Positions 25,685-36,962 of a stretch of DNA of 64,000 nt are shown here, piece by piece. The translations under genes and the position numbers were made by a program. The stretch lies in the NCBI GenBank assembly GCA_050084515.1, contig CM114271.1, positions 6,138,001 through 6,202,000 of the forward strand, read 5' to 3'. Positions within the stretch are counted from its first letter, which is position 1. Each line of letters opens with the position of its first letter. The stretch is from Blasia pusilla. Taxonomy: Eukaryota. Under the pieces are notes generated by a model that searched no databases, was not told where the DNA came from, and worked only from the letters and a program-made list of their open reading frames with translations.

Positions 25685-26619
25685 CTCGTGGTAACTCGAG
25701 GTAGCTCGGGGCGAGTGGGCGTGAGAGGCGGAGTAAGGAGCAAGGAGCAAGCAAGCAAGCTTGCTTACTTGGGCGTGAGGCAATTTTTGCAGGATTTGGG
25801 ATTTGAGTTTTGCATAATTGGTCACCCATCTTTGGGCTATTCTGCCTGGAGGACGCTTAACTGCTGAGTTCTTAACTATGCCAGTGTACACACTATTGTA
25901 GCTCATTTGGTGCTATTCGGAGATGTGTTAGGCACTTTATGCATCTCAGGTTTTTGGTTGATGTACCTCTAGCGCATAGTACGGTGTAGCCTCTCCATGC
26001 AGGTGATCTTTTCAGGTGCTGCGAGTTCGACTAGTACGTCATCGACCCGCGGCGGAGTAGCTATTGCGTTAGAATTATGTGGTGGGTTTTGTGGATTCAA
26101 GGGGCACCACGTTTGGTGGATTGTGTTACCTTGATTTCCATTTGCGATTGGAGGGTTGTCGTTGGACTTCCTGTGTTTGGATCCCCTCCATCGTGCTTCT
26201 TGCTTGCGCGGCCATTGTTAGGGTTGACGCTGATTTCCAGAGTAGTGTTACTCCTGTGTGCTACCGGTAGTGAGGCTGGAGGGATGACGAGTAGACCGTG
26301 GGAGACTTCTTGTGGTGATGACCAGTTAGGTTGCCTACACCCATAGCTAGTAGAGCTAGAATAGTATAGCGACATCGACGTCACTTGGTTATTTGGTGGT
26401 GGTAATTTGGTGGTGGTGCGGCATCGGCGTTGGTCATCACGGAGCTGTCGGGTGGTCTGGTTGGGGACCGTGGTGCGGACAATGGTGGTTTCACACGGAG
26501 TGGATTTAGGTATCGGCTACTTTTTCCACTTCCGACCGTTGATGAAGAGGAGGACGAGGGTGTTCCAAACACCGAGTCTTCTACGTTGTTATCGAGTGTT
26601 GCAGCTCCATTGATTTGGG

Positions 26620-27900
26620 ACATGGACGGTGGATATGGGGCCATGAAGGGCCCACGACGATACTCGAGTCAAAGTGGGCACCATTGAGTTGGAGGACTTC
26701 ATGCGGGAGTTTGATACGTGGTGTGATATGCGGATGTTATGAACGCCACGTTGTTTACACCCTTCTTGGCTTGGAAGGGTTGTTTCAAAGACTTGGAAGG
26801 ACCACCCATGGATGATTACCATGAGTTTAGGAAAGACCATGTTCTTTGAGATTGAGGCGTGGAGACAATATTGGTCTCGGGCTATGTATCTATCACCCAT
26901 GGTGGTATTGGTAGTAGTGCTCCTACTATGCCCGGCCCGGCCCGAGCGTTGAGTGGTACAGTACGAGCCGAGTGGGGGTACGGTGGAGGTACTAGTGGGG
27001 GTACTAGTGGAGGTACTAGTGCCCCACCATCGTTCAGCCCAGTTGCAGAGTTCTTCAAGAGGTTGAAGAAGAACTATCAAGGAGTGAAGACGGAGAAGTT
27101 GGGGAATCTTCAAGACTTTGAGCGAAAAGGCGGTGAGAGTCTTCGTGAGGCATACACGCAGCGTATGCACGCTTGATTTCAGTTACCCAGGGTGTGAGTG
27201 AGGATCAGGCAGTCCAGTTTTGGTATGGGATCTTGGACAGAGATTTGCGCCGTAGGGTACGTGATGCTACTCTTATGAGTGATGATTCATCCACATTGAC
27301 CCATGTGTTTGCTCTATCTGAGAAGATTGAGCTTAACATGGTGAAGGAGAGAGTGGTGACATCCGCATTCAGTAGGGATACAACTACTACTTCTCGTGTT
27401 CAGCTGCCCACCTCACAGTCTTGTAGTAGTGGTGGTGGTAGTAGTAGTGGGAGTCGTGGGGGGTACACACGACCTCAGTCAAGTCCTAGAGGGATATTTG
27501 CACAGAGACCATTGCCTTCATTTGCTGCCCCGCAGCAAGGACTGTCATGTTGGACATGTGGAGGTGATCATGTTAGGAATTTTTGTCCCCAAGAGGATGG
27601 GAGACGGACTTTGGAGGATGGGCCTCAGTCGGCCCCAACTCAGTGTGATCATTGCGGGAGACTAGGTCATCCTTGAGAGCGTTGCTTTGATCTTCATCCA
27701 GAGTTGAGATCAGGCCGTGGCCGTGGTGGAGTAGCTCCGAGAGGCCGAGGTGGTAGAGGTGGTAGGGGTGGTAGAGGGGGACTAGTGGTTGGAGAGCCTA
27801 CGGTGGCTACCCCTACCACTACGACAGAGTCGACTATGGTCGCCGAGGATTGAGCAGATTGGAGCGAAGTTGGCTACTATGGTGGTATCCAACATAGATC
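26620..27900 (+). pseudogene. gag of copy 2 (two zinc knuckles, RGG tract; frameshifted)
   Basis: CWTCGGDHVRNFCP, CDHCGRLGHP*ERCF, then GRGRGGVAPRGRGGRGGRGGRGG. Confidence 0.85.
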
Positions 27901-28479
27901 AGTTCGGGAGCAGGGCTTCCACCTCTTATGGAGGGATGATCTCTCTTATATGGCGAGTGCAAAGACAAAAGTTAAGGCATCACAGGTGCGATTCTGAGAG
28001 GAGCCACTCGAGCGTCGAGCCACGTGGTGCTCTTGTGGAGTTGGACCCACAGAGGGGTGAGGCCGGGAGGCGTGCTAGGCTTCCCTGGGTCATTCTTGTT
28101 GTCTGAGGAGTCGAGGACTCCATCCATGGTTCCCGCAGCCTATTGAGCCGCGGTGGGGATCGAGGCATCTACATCGGCGTATAGTAGACACGGATGCAAA
28201 GCATCCAATGCGATTGTGCGGATGGCAACTTCGGTGTTGGGATCCCCATTATTTTCGCCACGGAGCGATGGCTTTAGGAGTTGACTTAGCTCTGTATTTG
28301 ATTTAGCGACCACGTTGTGTGAACGTGGGGTATTTATTGCTACACGTGTTGAGGTGGATGAGGGTGTTGCGGTGGAGCGACCCTCTATGTAAGGTGTAGC
28401 ATTGAGTACCAGTGCTACTTGGCGGCAAAGAACGGCGAAGATGGATGCATTACCGGCCCGGCCAGCCATTGATCGTGAG

Positions 28480-28900
28480 AGGCTTACACTGGTGTATGTA
28501 TGTTGGACAACCGGAGTGGGATCTTCCGATTGGTGAGCCCTACAGACAGTGTATAGACCGGATAGAGTCTTGTTAGACTCTAGTGCCCAACCTTTGATGT
28601 TGGGAAAGGCTGCATGTATTGGTTTGGGTATTCGGAGGTCAGAGCTTGAGCCTTGCCCATTCCAGATTCAAACATCACTTGGAGGAGCCAATGATAGGTC
28701 TCAATTCATGACACGGGAGAAGTTTTTCATGAGTTAAGACCAGATCATGCGATTGATAGCTCCCGGTTGGGAGTATCTGCGGTAGTCACATCGGCCGAGT
28801 CGTATGATGTACTAGTTGGAGGAGCAAAGATGTGTACCCGATGGGTTTTCAGATGGATTCTTGGGTGAGACAACGTCTTATAGACCTGGTTGGAAGTCGG
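28480..28900 (+). pseudogene. Retropepsin-type aspartic protease
   Basis: RVLLDSSAQPLMLG (D-S/T-G-like active site) and downstream YDVLVGG. Confidence 0.75.
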
Positions 28901-29289
28901 GGATGGACGTATGAGCCAAGTTCCTGTGAGATTTATTTTTGGGGCTCGACCAGGAGGGTCTTCCCCAACAATGTTAGCATCTGTGGCTGGTTTTAGTGGA
29001 GTAGTCACTTGGCCAGGAGACTTTTGGAGGGTAATGTTTTCGCTATGGATTCTCCTGCATGCATGAGGAGGTAGAGGAGGTCCCTATTTTTGCAGCAGTG
29101 GCATCCTCATCGTTGGATGTGCCACTTTGGAGTTTAGGCGGTGCACTACGGCAGAGGCGTCGCCTAGTGCAGAGAGGAGGCTTGGTGTGAGGTTATACCT
29201 CACGAGGAAGAGGAGGCCCCACGGCGGACTCCTACTTCTGGTCGATTAGGTTATCCCCTTTGGATACTACACCCATTGTATGGTAGTAT

Positions 29290-30240
29290 CCGCCGGAGGG
29301 CATTTGTCTCATTAGATCTCTTTGGTGGGATTAGCTGGTTTGGCTGCAGTGTTGCAGCCGATATTCTGTCTTGGAGATACGTGTATGTGGAGCGAGATGA
29401 GACGGCCCAGAGTCTCATCCCGACATATTGGTCGATTGATGCGGAGATATCTGAGTTGTTGTCGCCATCGGCTATTCGTGGGTACCAGCGTGTTTTTACC
29501 ATCACACATTGCATTGTTGGGCGCGGGACCTTGAGAGGTTGGTCTGTGGATTTGGTGATTCTTTGGATGGCCATGTCGGGTCATACACGTCTTTGGTCGT
29601 GGTGAGGGATTACATGACCCTAGGTCTCGATTGTTTTGGGAGATGTTACGGATGTTACGACATCTTTAGGTTCATCAGCACGTGCTCTAGCTTACATTCG
29701 AGAATGTTCCATTGTTGGGTGACACTCGGACCGGATGATGGCGAGTGTTCATGAGGTGCGGTCTTGGATTGGACCAGCGGTGTTGTTGGATGCTGGCGCG
29801 AGTTGGCTCGCGTGCACATCGCCCACGCTTGTGGTGGACAAACTTGTTGCCTAGGGAGGTTCTCGTCGAGCATATGATGCAAGGCGGGATCCTCGCTTAC
29901 ACGGTGGATAGTATCTTGATCTTTGGCGACTTTCTCAAGTGGTGAGGGTTATTGATCGGTCACCCATGGCGTGGTGAACCGTGTGGGCCAGACCTAGGAT
30001 GGGACTACCCACATTTGTGAGTTTTCCTCGTCACATGCCTACTGTGAGGAAGGTGGTCCGGGGCTTGTATGGGATTCTCATGTGCGGCAGTTGGTGGAGC
30101 CTAACGCTGATGAGAGAGCGCGTGCGATGGGATTTGCTCTTCGTGTGACGGTTGCTTCTATTTTCTGAGGCTTCACGACGTCATGTGTTGGGTCGGGCCA
30201 TGGACCTGAATTGTTTGACTTGGATTTTGAGTCTTGGTAT
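29290..30240 (+). pseudogene. DNA cytosine-5 methyltransferase domain (DNMT3-like) inside pol, frameshifted
   Basis: Motifs in canonical order: DLFGGIS (29315, I), YVYVERDE (II), VDLVI-GWPC (29546-29576, IV), GEGLHDPRSRLFWEM (V), ENVP (29700, VI), LLDAxRVGSRAHRPRLWWTNL (VII-VIII, ~29790-29846), EPNADERARAMGF (IX), RRHVLGRAMD (X). Confidence 0.9.
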
Positions 30241-30689
30241 GGCCGAGCTGCGTCGACTTCGGACTATGTCTGTGGGTCTTCCACCCCTTGTAATGAGCTC
30301 GATGGCTACCGGGACGGTAGAGGCATCGGCTGGGGGCGAGGAGAGTAGTATTTTGCATCCTTGGAGTAAATGGGATGTAATGGGTGGACATGTGGAGTTG
30401 GTTGCTCATCTTTGGTGGAGGAGTTATTTGCTCGGATGATGGTGTAGCTAAGGGTGTACCATCTTGTGAGGGGGTTGCGTAGTGACCAATGGCATAAATC
30501 CTCTCCCTCTAGTGTGCAAGTGGAGGAGACTTGGGAGCCATTACTTGGGCCCAAGCTTACGGGAGGTGAGAAATGACGCTTGACATAGTTCCTACGTGCT
30601 TATAGGAGTTGTTTTGCCTTTAGCATGAAGGAGTTGGGTTTTCTGGTTGGACCCGGTATACGGATTGATTTGGCTAGTGATACGCCAAT

Positions 30690-31960
30690 CTTCCGTCGTC
30701 CCTACCGATATAGTGATATGGAGAGGGACCTGATTGAGTAGGACGTTGGACCTTTTGGAGGCTGGATTAGTGGAGTTGTCGCATGGAGAGTATGCATCGC
30801 CCATCTGTCATGCTGCTAAAAGGATATGCATGGCAACTACACGGATAGGCGGATGTGTGGAGATTACCGCCCTATCAATCGGCAAACCAAGTCCGATATG
30901 TATGCCATGCCTACACGAGAGATCTTTGATGTGGTGGGGACAGGCAAAGATTTTCAGTTTTTGATCTTGGCGGGATACCATCAATTGCCGATTCGGGAGA
31001 GTGACAAGGCCAAGACAAAGCATTTTCGGTGTCAACTCTCATGGCAAGGATTGTTTGTACCGGTGGAAATTCTTACCCTTTGGGTTGAAGAATGCACTGC
31101 CGAGTTTCAAAGAGTGATGGGCGGGATCCTAGCAGGGTTGGATTTTGTTCGGTGTTACATTGATGATATCTTGGTGTTCAGTAACACGGTGGAGGAGCAT
31201 CAAATACATTTGCAGATGGTGTTTGAGCGGTTGAAAGCTCATGGTCTACGTTTGCATCCAGGAAAGTGTAAGTTCTTCCATGAGGATGTTGAGTACTTGG
31301 GTCATGTGATCTATCCAGGTGGTTTGGGAGTTCAGCAAGCAAAGGTGGAGGCTATTGCACTTATTCCACGTTCGGTATATGTGAGTAGAGTTCGAGCATT
31401 CATGGGATTGGCGAACTACTATCGGAGGTATGCGAAGGGATTTAGTGCTATGGCAAAGCCTTTGAACCAATTGCTGAAATCAGATCAAGAGTGGCACTGG
31501 GGAGATGATCAGGAGAGAGCTTTTGGGGAGCTTAAGGCCCAGTTGGTGGCGGTGCCTATCTTGAGGAGACCTATCGAGGCGCCCATTTCATTACACACTC
31601 GATTGGAGTAGGTTGGGACTTGGAGCGGTGTTGACACAACATGATGATGAGCACATGGAGTTTGTGGTGGCCTATGCAAGTCGTTCGAATAATGCAAATG
31701 AGTCGCGCTATAGTTCATATGAGGGAGAGTGCTTGGCAAGAGTGTGGGTGTGGCATACTTTAGGTGTTACTTGTTTGGCACCCAGTTTACCCTTGTTACT
31801 GATCACCAACCGCTCAAGTGGTTGATGGAGTCTGACAAGCTTATAGGGAAGCTTGCACGGTGGGCTCTTATCTTACATGAGTATGACTTCCAGGTGGTAC
31901 ATAGACCTGGAGTTGCCAACCTTGATGCTGATGGGTTGAGTAGGAACCCATGTACTAGCC
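30690..31960 (+). pseudogene. Reverse transcriptase and RNase H of copy 2
   Basis: DRRMCGDYRPIN, CYIDDILVFS, GKCKFF...VEYLGH, LGAVL...VAYASR, FTLVTDHQPLKWL, ARWAL...ANLDADGLSR. Confidence 0.95.
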
Positions 31961-32339
31961 AAGAGGATACAACTGGGGCTAGATGGCATGGCGAGGTTGA
32001 TGAGGAGATGGTGCCAGGTTGGCATGCATCCGCCTTTTTATGTTGGTTAGGGATGGACTCTAGTATGGAGGACCACATGATATCTTACTCTAGTCAGAGG
32101 GTAGATGGCCAGCCTTCAGATCCTAAGGTTGGAGATGGTGGTACGGATCAGCGTGATATTCATGATGATGCGTTGGTGTTGGAGTTCCTACGGACCAGTA
32201 GGGTGCCAGGCATAGTGAGTGCCAAGGAGCGAGACCGTGTTCTTCAACGTGCTAAGAGGTATCGATTGGAGGGAACACATATTCTCTGCGTGTGGGAGGA
32301 TGGTAGAGTACGAGTAGTGCCACATTTGGCTCGAGAGAG

Positions 32340-33200
32340 GCGCATTGTGCGACATGCCCATGAGGAGTTGGGACATTTTGGGGTAAAGCGACGTATAGCT
32401 TACTCCTTGGCGATATTGGTGGCGTGGCATGCATACTCAGGTGCAGCAATTGGTGTCACGTTGTATGGTTTGTGATCGGGTGAGGGCATCATTTAATGCC
32501 CCTACACCACAATTACACCCCTTGCCTATTATGGGGTTGGGTTACCGTTGGAGTGTGGACTTTGCGGGACCGTTACCTGGTTGGTATGCGACATCATCGA
32601 TATGTGTTGGTGATGGTGGAGCACTTCTCCAAGTGGATTGAGTTGGTGGCATTACCGGACAAGGCAAGTGAGGAACGGCGTATGCGTTTGGATAGAGTGC
32701 TTAGTCATTTTGGTGCATCGGTGAAGTCTTGACCGACCAGGGTCTGAGTTTGTGGTGAGTTTGGTCTTGTGTGACAAGGCGTTGATTGATCATCGGACCA
32801 CATCTCGAGATCATCCAGAGGCGGATGGTTTGGCTGAGCGTGTGGTTCAGGACGGTGAAGAGGGCATTGCGCAAGTATGGCCTCTGAAGGCATCTTGGAG
32901 ACGGGATGTTCGGTTGCCATGGTTAGCCATGGGGTATAGGTTGATCGCCAAGCATCCTTGGCTTCCTTCTCACCTTATTTTTTGTTATATGGCGAGATCC
33001 GGACTTTTGCAAAGCAATTGTCGGGAGTCTAGTGAGGTGGTGAACCTTGATGACCTAGAGATGTGGATGAGGGTGTGTTCTCAGCGGGCGGAGCTCTTTC
33101 GGAGAGTTATGCCAACAACCTTTGAGAATCTTGCCATTGCTCAACACAGGGATACGTTGCGGTATGCAACCATTCGAGGTGGAGGTTATTGACCATCGAT
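32340..33200 (+). pseudogene. DDE integrase (HHCC plus core)
   Basis: HAHEELGHFG...CMVC (HHCC), RWSVDFAGP, VEHFSKWIE, LTDQG, TTSRDHPEADGLAER. Confidence 0.9.
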
Positions 33201-33439
33201 TCGTAGGTTCCATGTGGGGGACTATGTCTATTTGCAGCAGATTGCACCGACAACGTTGGATGTGACGGCAGGCCGCACTATTTTACGAGTGCGCGAGGTG
33301 TTAGCTTCTGGAGTTCTCTTGTTGGAGGGTCGTGATGGAGTTGTTTGGAAGGACCATGTGCGTAATTGTGCGCCATGTCATCTTCCAAATGTGGATGGTA
33401 GTGTTGACCCAAGCTTAGCCATGATACGTGCTAGCTTGA

Positions 33440-33582
33440 GGTGCATGTTGTGTGGGTCTACTGGTAACGCAGCCCGTATGTTGGTGTGTGATGGGTGTTC
33501 TAGGGGTTGGCACATGATGTGTTTGACTCCACGTTTGGATGTTGTTCCTACTGGAAGGTGGGTTTGTCTTCGATGTACTTAG
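33440..33582 (+). other. PHD finger (C4HC3) at the integrase C-terminus
   Basis: CMLCGSTGNAARMLVCDGCSRGWHMMCLTPRLDVVPTGRWVCLRC* matches canonical PHD spacing, including the W-x-C-x-x-C end. Confidence 0.92.
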
Positions 33583-33748
33583 GAGAGGTAGATGACTTGA
33601 TCTTTGCATGATATGGATTACAGATGTGCGACTAACGATGGGGCAACCTATCACCCGACCTTTTCGATTCGGGCACCCAAGAAGGTGTATAGCATGTAGT
33701 AGATGTATAGGGCTACCGGGAGTTAGAGGACCTAACCGCCGCTTGATT

Positions 33749-33758
33749 AGGGGGCGAG
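33749..33758 (+). promoter_or_regulatory. Putative polypurine tract
   Basis: AGGGGGCGAG immediately before repeat B1 (TTGTGGTACAC). Confidence 0.6.
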
Positions 33759-33857
33759 TTGTGGTACACTTGCGTTTGTGGATACTCGTCTATGTTATGT
33801 ACGTATGTGAGTATGGTATGTCGATGTATGTTGTATGACGACGTGGATTCGCACGAC
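33758..33857 (+). repeat. Repeat B1 (~100 bp)
   Basis: Near-identical to 34226-34331. Confidence 0.92.
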
Positions 33858-33859
33858 GG

Positions 33860-34225
33860 TATCATGACCATACGGATTATGTCGTAGAGTATAGTGTGCT
33901 AGTAGAGGCCATTCCTTATGTAGGACCGTAGTGGCTTTGTAGAGATGCGGTTCCATACATAGGATTGGGGGTTACTCAGTTGGGGGTGAGTTTCCCAGTA
34001 GGGCCCGCTCTTAGGTTGGAGGATATAAGGTGGAGTGCACTCAAAGAAACGATCAGTTCTTTGAGTTGAGCCTGTTATGCGTTGGGAGTTAGCCTTGGTA
34101 GTGAGTAGAGCTCTTGGCTATGGTGTTTCCAAGCCGACCTAGATTCTCCCATCGTGGAGTGGGTTTGGCTCGATTGTATGTGATTGTATACGTGTTTTAT
34201 GACAGTAGGTCTTTCACGGATTTCA
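33860..34225 (+). repeat. Repeat A2
   Basis: Near-identical to 25317-25684. Confidence 0.93.
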
Positions 34226-34331
34226 GTTGTGGTACACTTGCGTTTGTGGATACTCTCGTCTATGTTATGTACATATGTGAGTATGGTATGTCAGCGATGT
34301 ATGTTGTATGACGATGTGGATTCGCACGACA
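34226..34331 (+). repeat. Repeat B2 (right terminus of the element)
   Basis: gttgtggtacacttgcgtttgtgga...gattcgcacgaca followed by agag. Confidence 0.92.
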
Positions 34332-34914
34332 AGAGCTTCTATATTTAATATGCATTTTTTCGAAAGTTAGAAAAAAATTAACCAAAGGAGCAATGTAAAA
34401 AATTGAACTATTACTATGAATTGAGTTTTCAAAATTCCCAATAAGTAATACTACGTGGATGACACGAGTTTTGTACTAGTTTTTATTTATGTCAATAAGA
34501 ACATGTAAGGGAAATTAAGAATAATTAAATTATTTATTTACTTTTATTAAAAACTTATCTTAGTAATACTATTATTTTTTAATGTAGAATTTAAAAGAAC
34601 CTCTTGTAAACAAGTTCCCTTGCTCTAATTTTAGAAGAATAAAACCATTGACTTGCCTTATCAAAAGATCGAAAATAAAAATAGGACCATAATCCATTTG
34701 GCCGCCGTTTAAAATCCTAATGAGCTGAAATAAGCACGAAAGACTCATGTATTCAGAGTATAGTATTCCGTCTAATGTTTACAACTTCAGTTATTTCCGG
34801 GCCCATCGGAGGCTAGGAGCGTCCACTCCCGACACACTAGTATAAAACCATAAACTAAGCGCAGAAATAAGTCTTCGCGGAGTACATATACTCTGAGCTG
34901 TTGAGGGGTTTCGT

Positions 34915-35032
34915 ATCTCTGCCGTGTGTTCAGCACAACGCGAACTATTCTTTCGCCTTTTACTAAAGAATACCGTGCGCGGGACACAGAAGCGGCATAT
35001 TTCAATCTTTGGAATGCTCCTTAACTGGGGCA
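34915..35032 (+). ncRNA. U5: U5 spliceosomal snRNA
   Basis: Plant U5 core GCGAACTATTCTTTCGCCTTTTACTAAAGAATACCGTG with invariant loop I GCCTTTTAC. The outer stem gccg/cggc, an Sm-like site AATCTTTGG and a 3' hairpin tgctc..gggca are also present. Ends are approximate. Confidence 0.92.
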
Positions 35033-36962
35033 CCACCATCTAACGCAAAAAGGACATTCTCTTCCTCTCGCAGGATAAATCTCTAGCTCCCTACATCTGT
35101 AGGCATGAGATGTGTGGAATAGAAGATCCGTGTTGCAGTCAAAGTGACTGAGAACTCGACATACGTGCAGATGGCGTAAGTGTTTCACTGTGTTGGATGG
35201 CGGGATCCTTCGGAGCGGCAGGACGCCGTCACGTCTGCGAGAGTTCTTCCTCATCCGTTTAACTTTTTCTTTCCACAGGACTTGCTTTCTTGGCTATGGG
35301 GCTGCTCATGCTGTAGGCTTAGGGAATGGGATGATCTTGGTGAGCGGCCACTTTTGAGTGCTAACTTTTGTAGGTTTATTGAGCTTCTGATGCAGTTGAA
35401 GACTTCTGTTGATTTTGTCGCTGGCCATGTTTCAGTGTGGGCAGGGTGAATTGAAATTCAATACTATTTGTCGTTTTTTTTTTCATTTTATGGATCTTGT
35501 TTATAATCTCTATGGTGTGGAGTACGAGCGGCGTCACGTCCTGTTCCTGGCGTGCCAAAGACATGTGGCTCGCAGTCATCAGCGTTTCGAGTTATGTGAT
35601 GGAAAGCAATAGTACTGCAGTAGAACTCTTCTTCCGAGAAGTCTTTCGTTAAGGTGCCACACATAGTTGAGATGGGTGGTACCTAAATCTGATCGCTGCT
35701 AGCCTGCCAAATGCTGCTGGCTCATTCTCTCTACCGAATTTCTATACCCTGGATTTGGTACACCCTGAAATACTGTGCAGAGAATGTTTGATTGTGTCGA
35801 GGAGTGTCGACTCCGGAAGTGCGAGTGAGTAGATAGTGATTCGGGTCGAGGGGACGAGAGAGATCCGGTCGTGGATGGGATGGAACGAGTGATACGATTT
35901 CGGAATCCACGCGTGTCGCGGATATCTTATGAATTAATTGACTGCAACGCCCGTTAAATTCTCTGCTGTGGCCGTGGCACCATGACTAGCACATTGGAGG
36001 CCGTACCTCGGAAATGTAGGAGTATAGTCTTTGGGAACTCCATCTTTTCTATAATGAACCTCACAACAAATAAGAAGGAACTTTTACTTTTCTAAGCAAT
36101 GTCAACAAATAAGAGGCAACTCTTATTTTTCTAGAATCGATCTGTCAGCAAGTAAGAGGGAACAGGAAGGATTTGGGGCCGGTGAACTCCCGCGAAGCGA
36201 CTTCGGACAGCACTTGCCTGATCAAATGCTCCCATGTATTATGTACAAATTGATGTTCTCTGGTGCTTATCTCATGATGCGCTGCGCATTGTGTCAAATC
36301 TCTCCCGTTGTTGTGATCTGATCACCTTGACCTGAACTCTGGGTCCTCCCTCCAATCGGCAGATAGAATGCGTGGCAGAAAGAAACAGTTGAATACGAAA
36401 GGACGGCAGTGAAGCCTCTCGATGGCTGGCTACGTGTATTCTAACATGGAGAAGCCCACGATCGTGAACGCTTTGGAGGCAAGGAACGTACATTATTTGC
36501 GGAGCGAACTCACGGATAGCAGGGGATGGATGGTTTACTCGAGTACACATTCTTGAGGTTCGTAAAGTGCATGCTCTTAAATTGTACAAGCGTCGATATT
36601 CATAATGGGAAGCCACGTAACGCAAGATCAATGGTGCATTCTGATGATTCAAACTTTCATGTGACAGTCCAACGAAGTGCATTCCATCCTCAACGAAGTG
36701 CATTCCATCGGACGGCACTCGTAGAGATTTCATAAATGCTCCAGGTTGTATAAAATCTCTAGATGCATAAAATCATGTTTTAAATGCTGTAAATGCTCGA
36801 GGCCGCATTCCATCCTGGATGAAATCCTGAAGCATTTCTAAACCCTTCTGCGAATTCACAGCAAGATTTTATACAAAGTCAAGAGATGCGGTACGAAAAG
36901 GCTATGTTCGATTTCTTGAAAAGATACATGATCGAAGACAGATGGCTGTTTCCACCGCTAGA

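Larger units (their letters stand above)
25317..34331 (+). mobile_element. Ty3/Gypsy retrotransposon copy 2 with both termini: gag-PR-DNMT-RT-RH-INT-PHD and split direct repeats A...B-A-B
   Basis: Termini TGTCATG / CACGACA flanked by AGAG (or AAGAG) duplication. The domain order RT-RH-INT is diagnostic of Ty3/Gypsy. Confidence 0.95.

Noticed and set aside
25688-25700. TGGTAACTCGAG as a tRNA-Met PBS
   Set aside because: It is a poor match to TGGTATCAGAGC, lies at a deletion junction specific to copy 2, and is absent from copy 1.
29290-30240. Host DNMT gene with TEs inserted around it
   Set aside because: The domain is intronless and sits at the same pol position in three independent copies.
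25317-34331. Classifying the element as DIRS/Ngaro because of the split repeats and methyltransferase
   Set aside because: It has a protease and an HHCC/DDE integrase, I see no tyrosine recombinase, and the MTase has C5 (PC/ENV) rather than adenine-MTase motifs.
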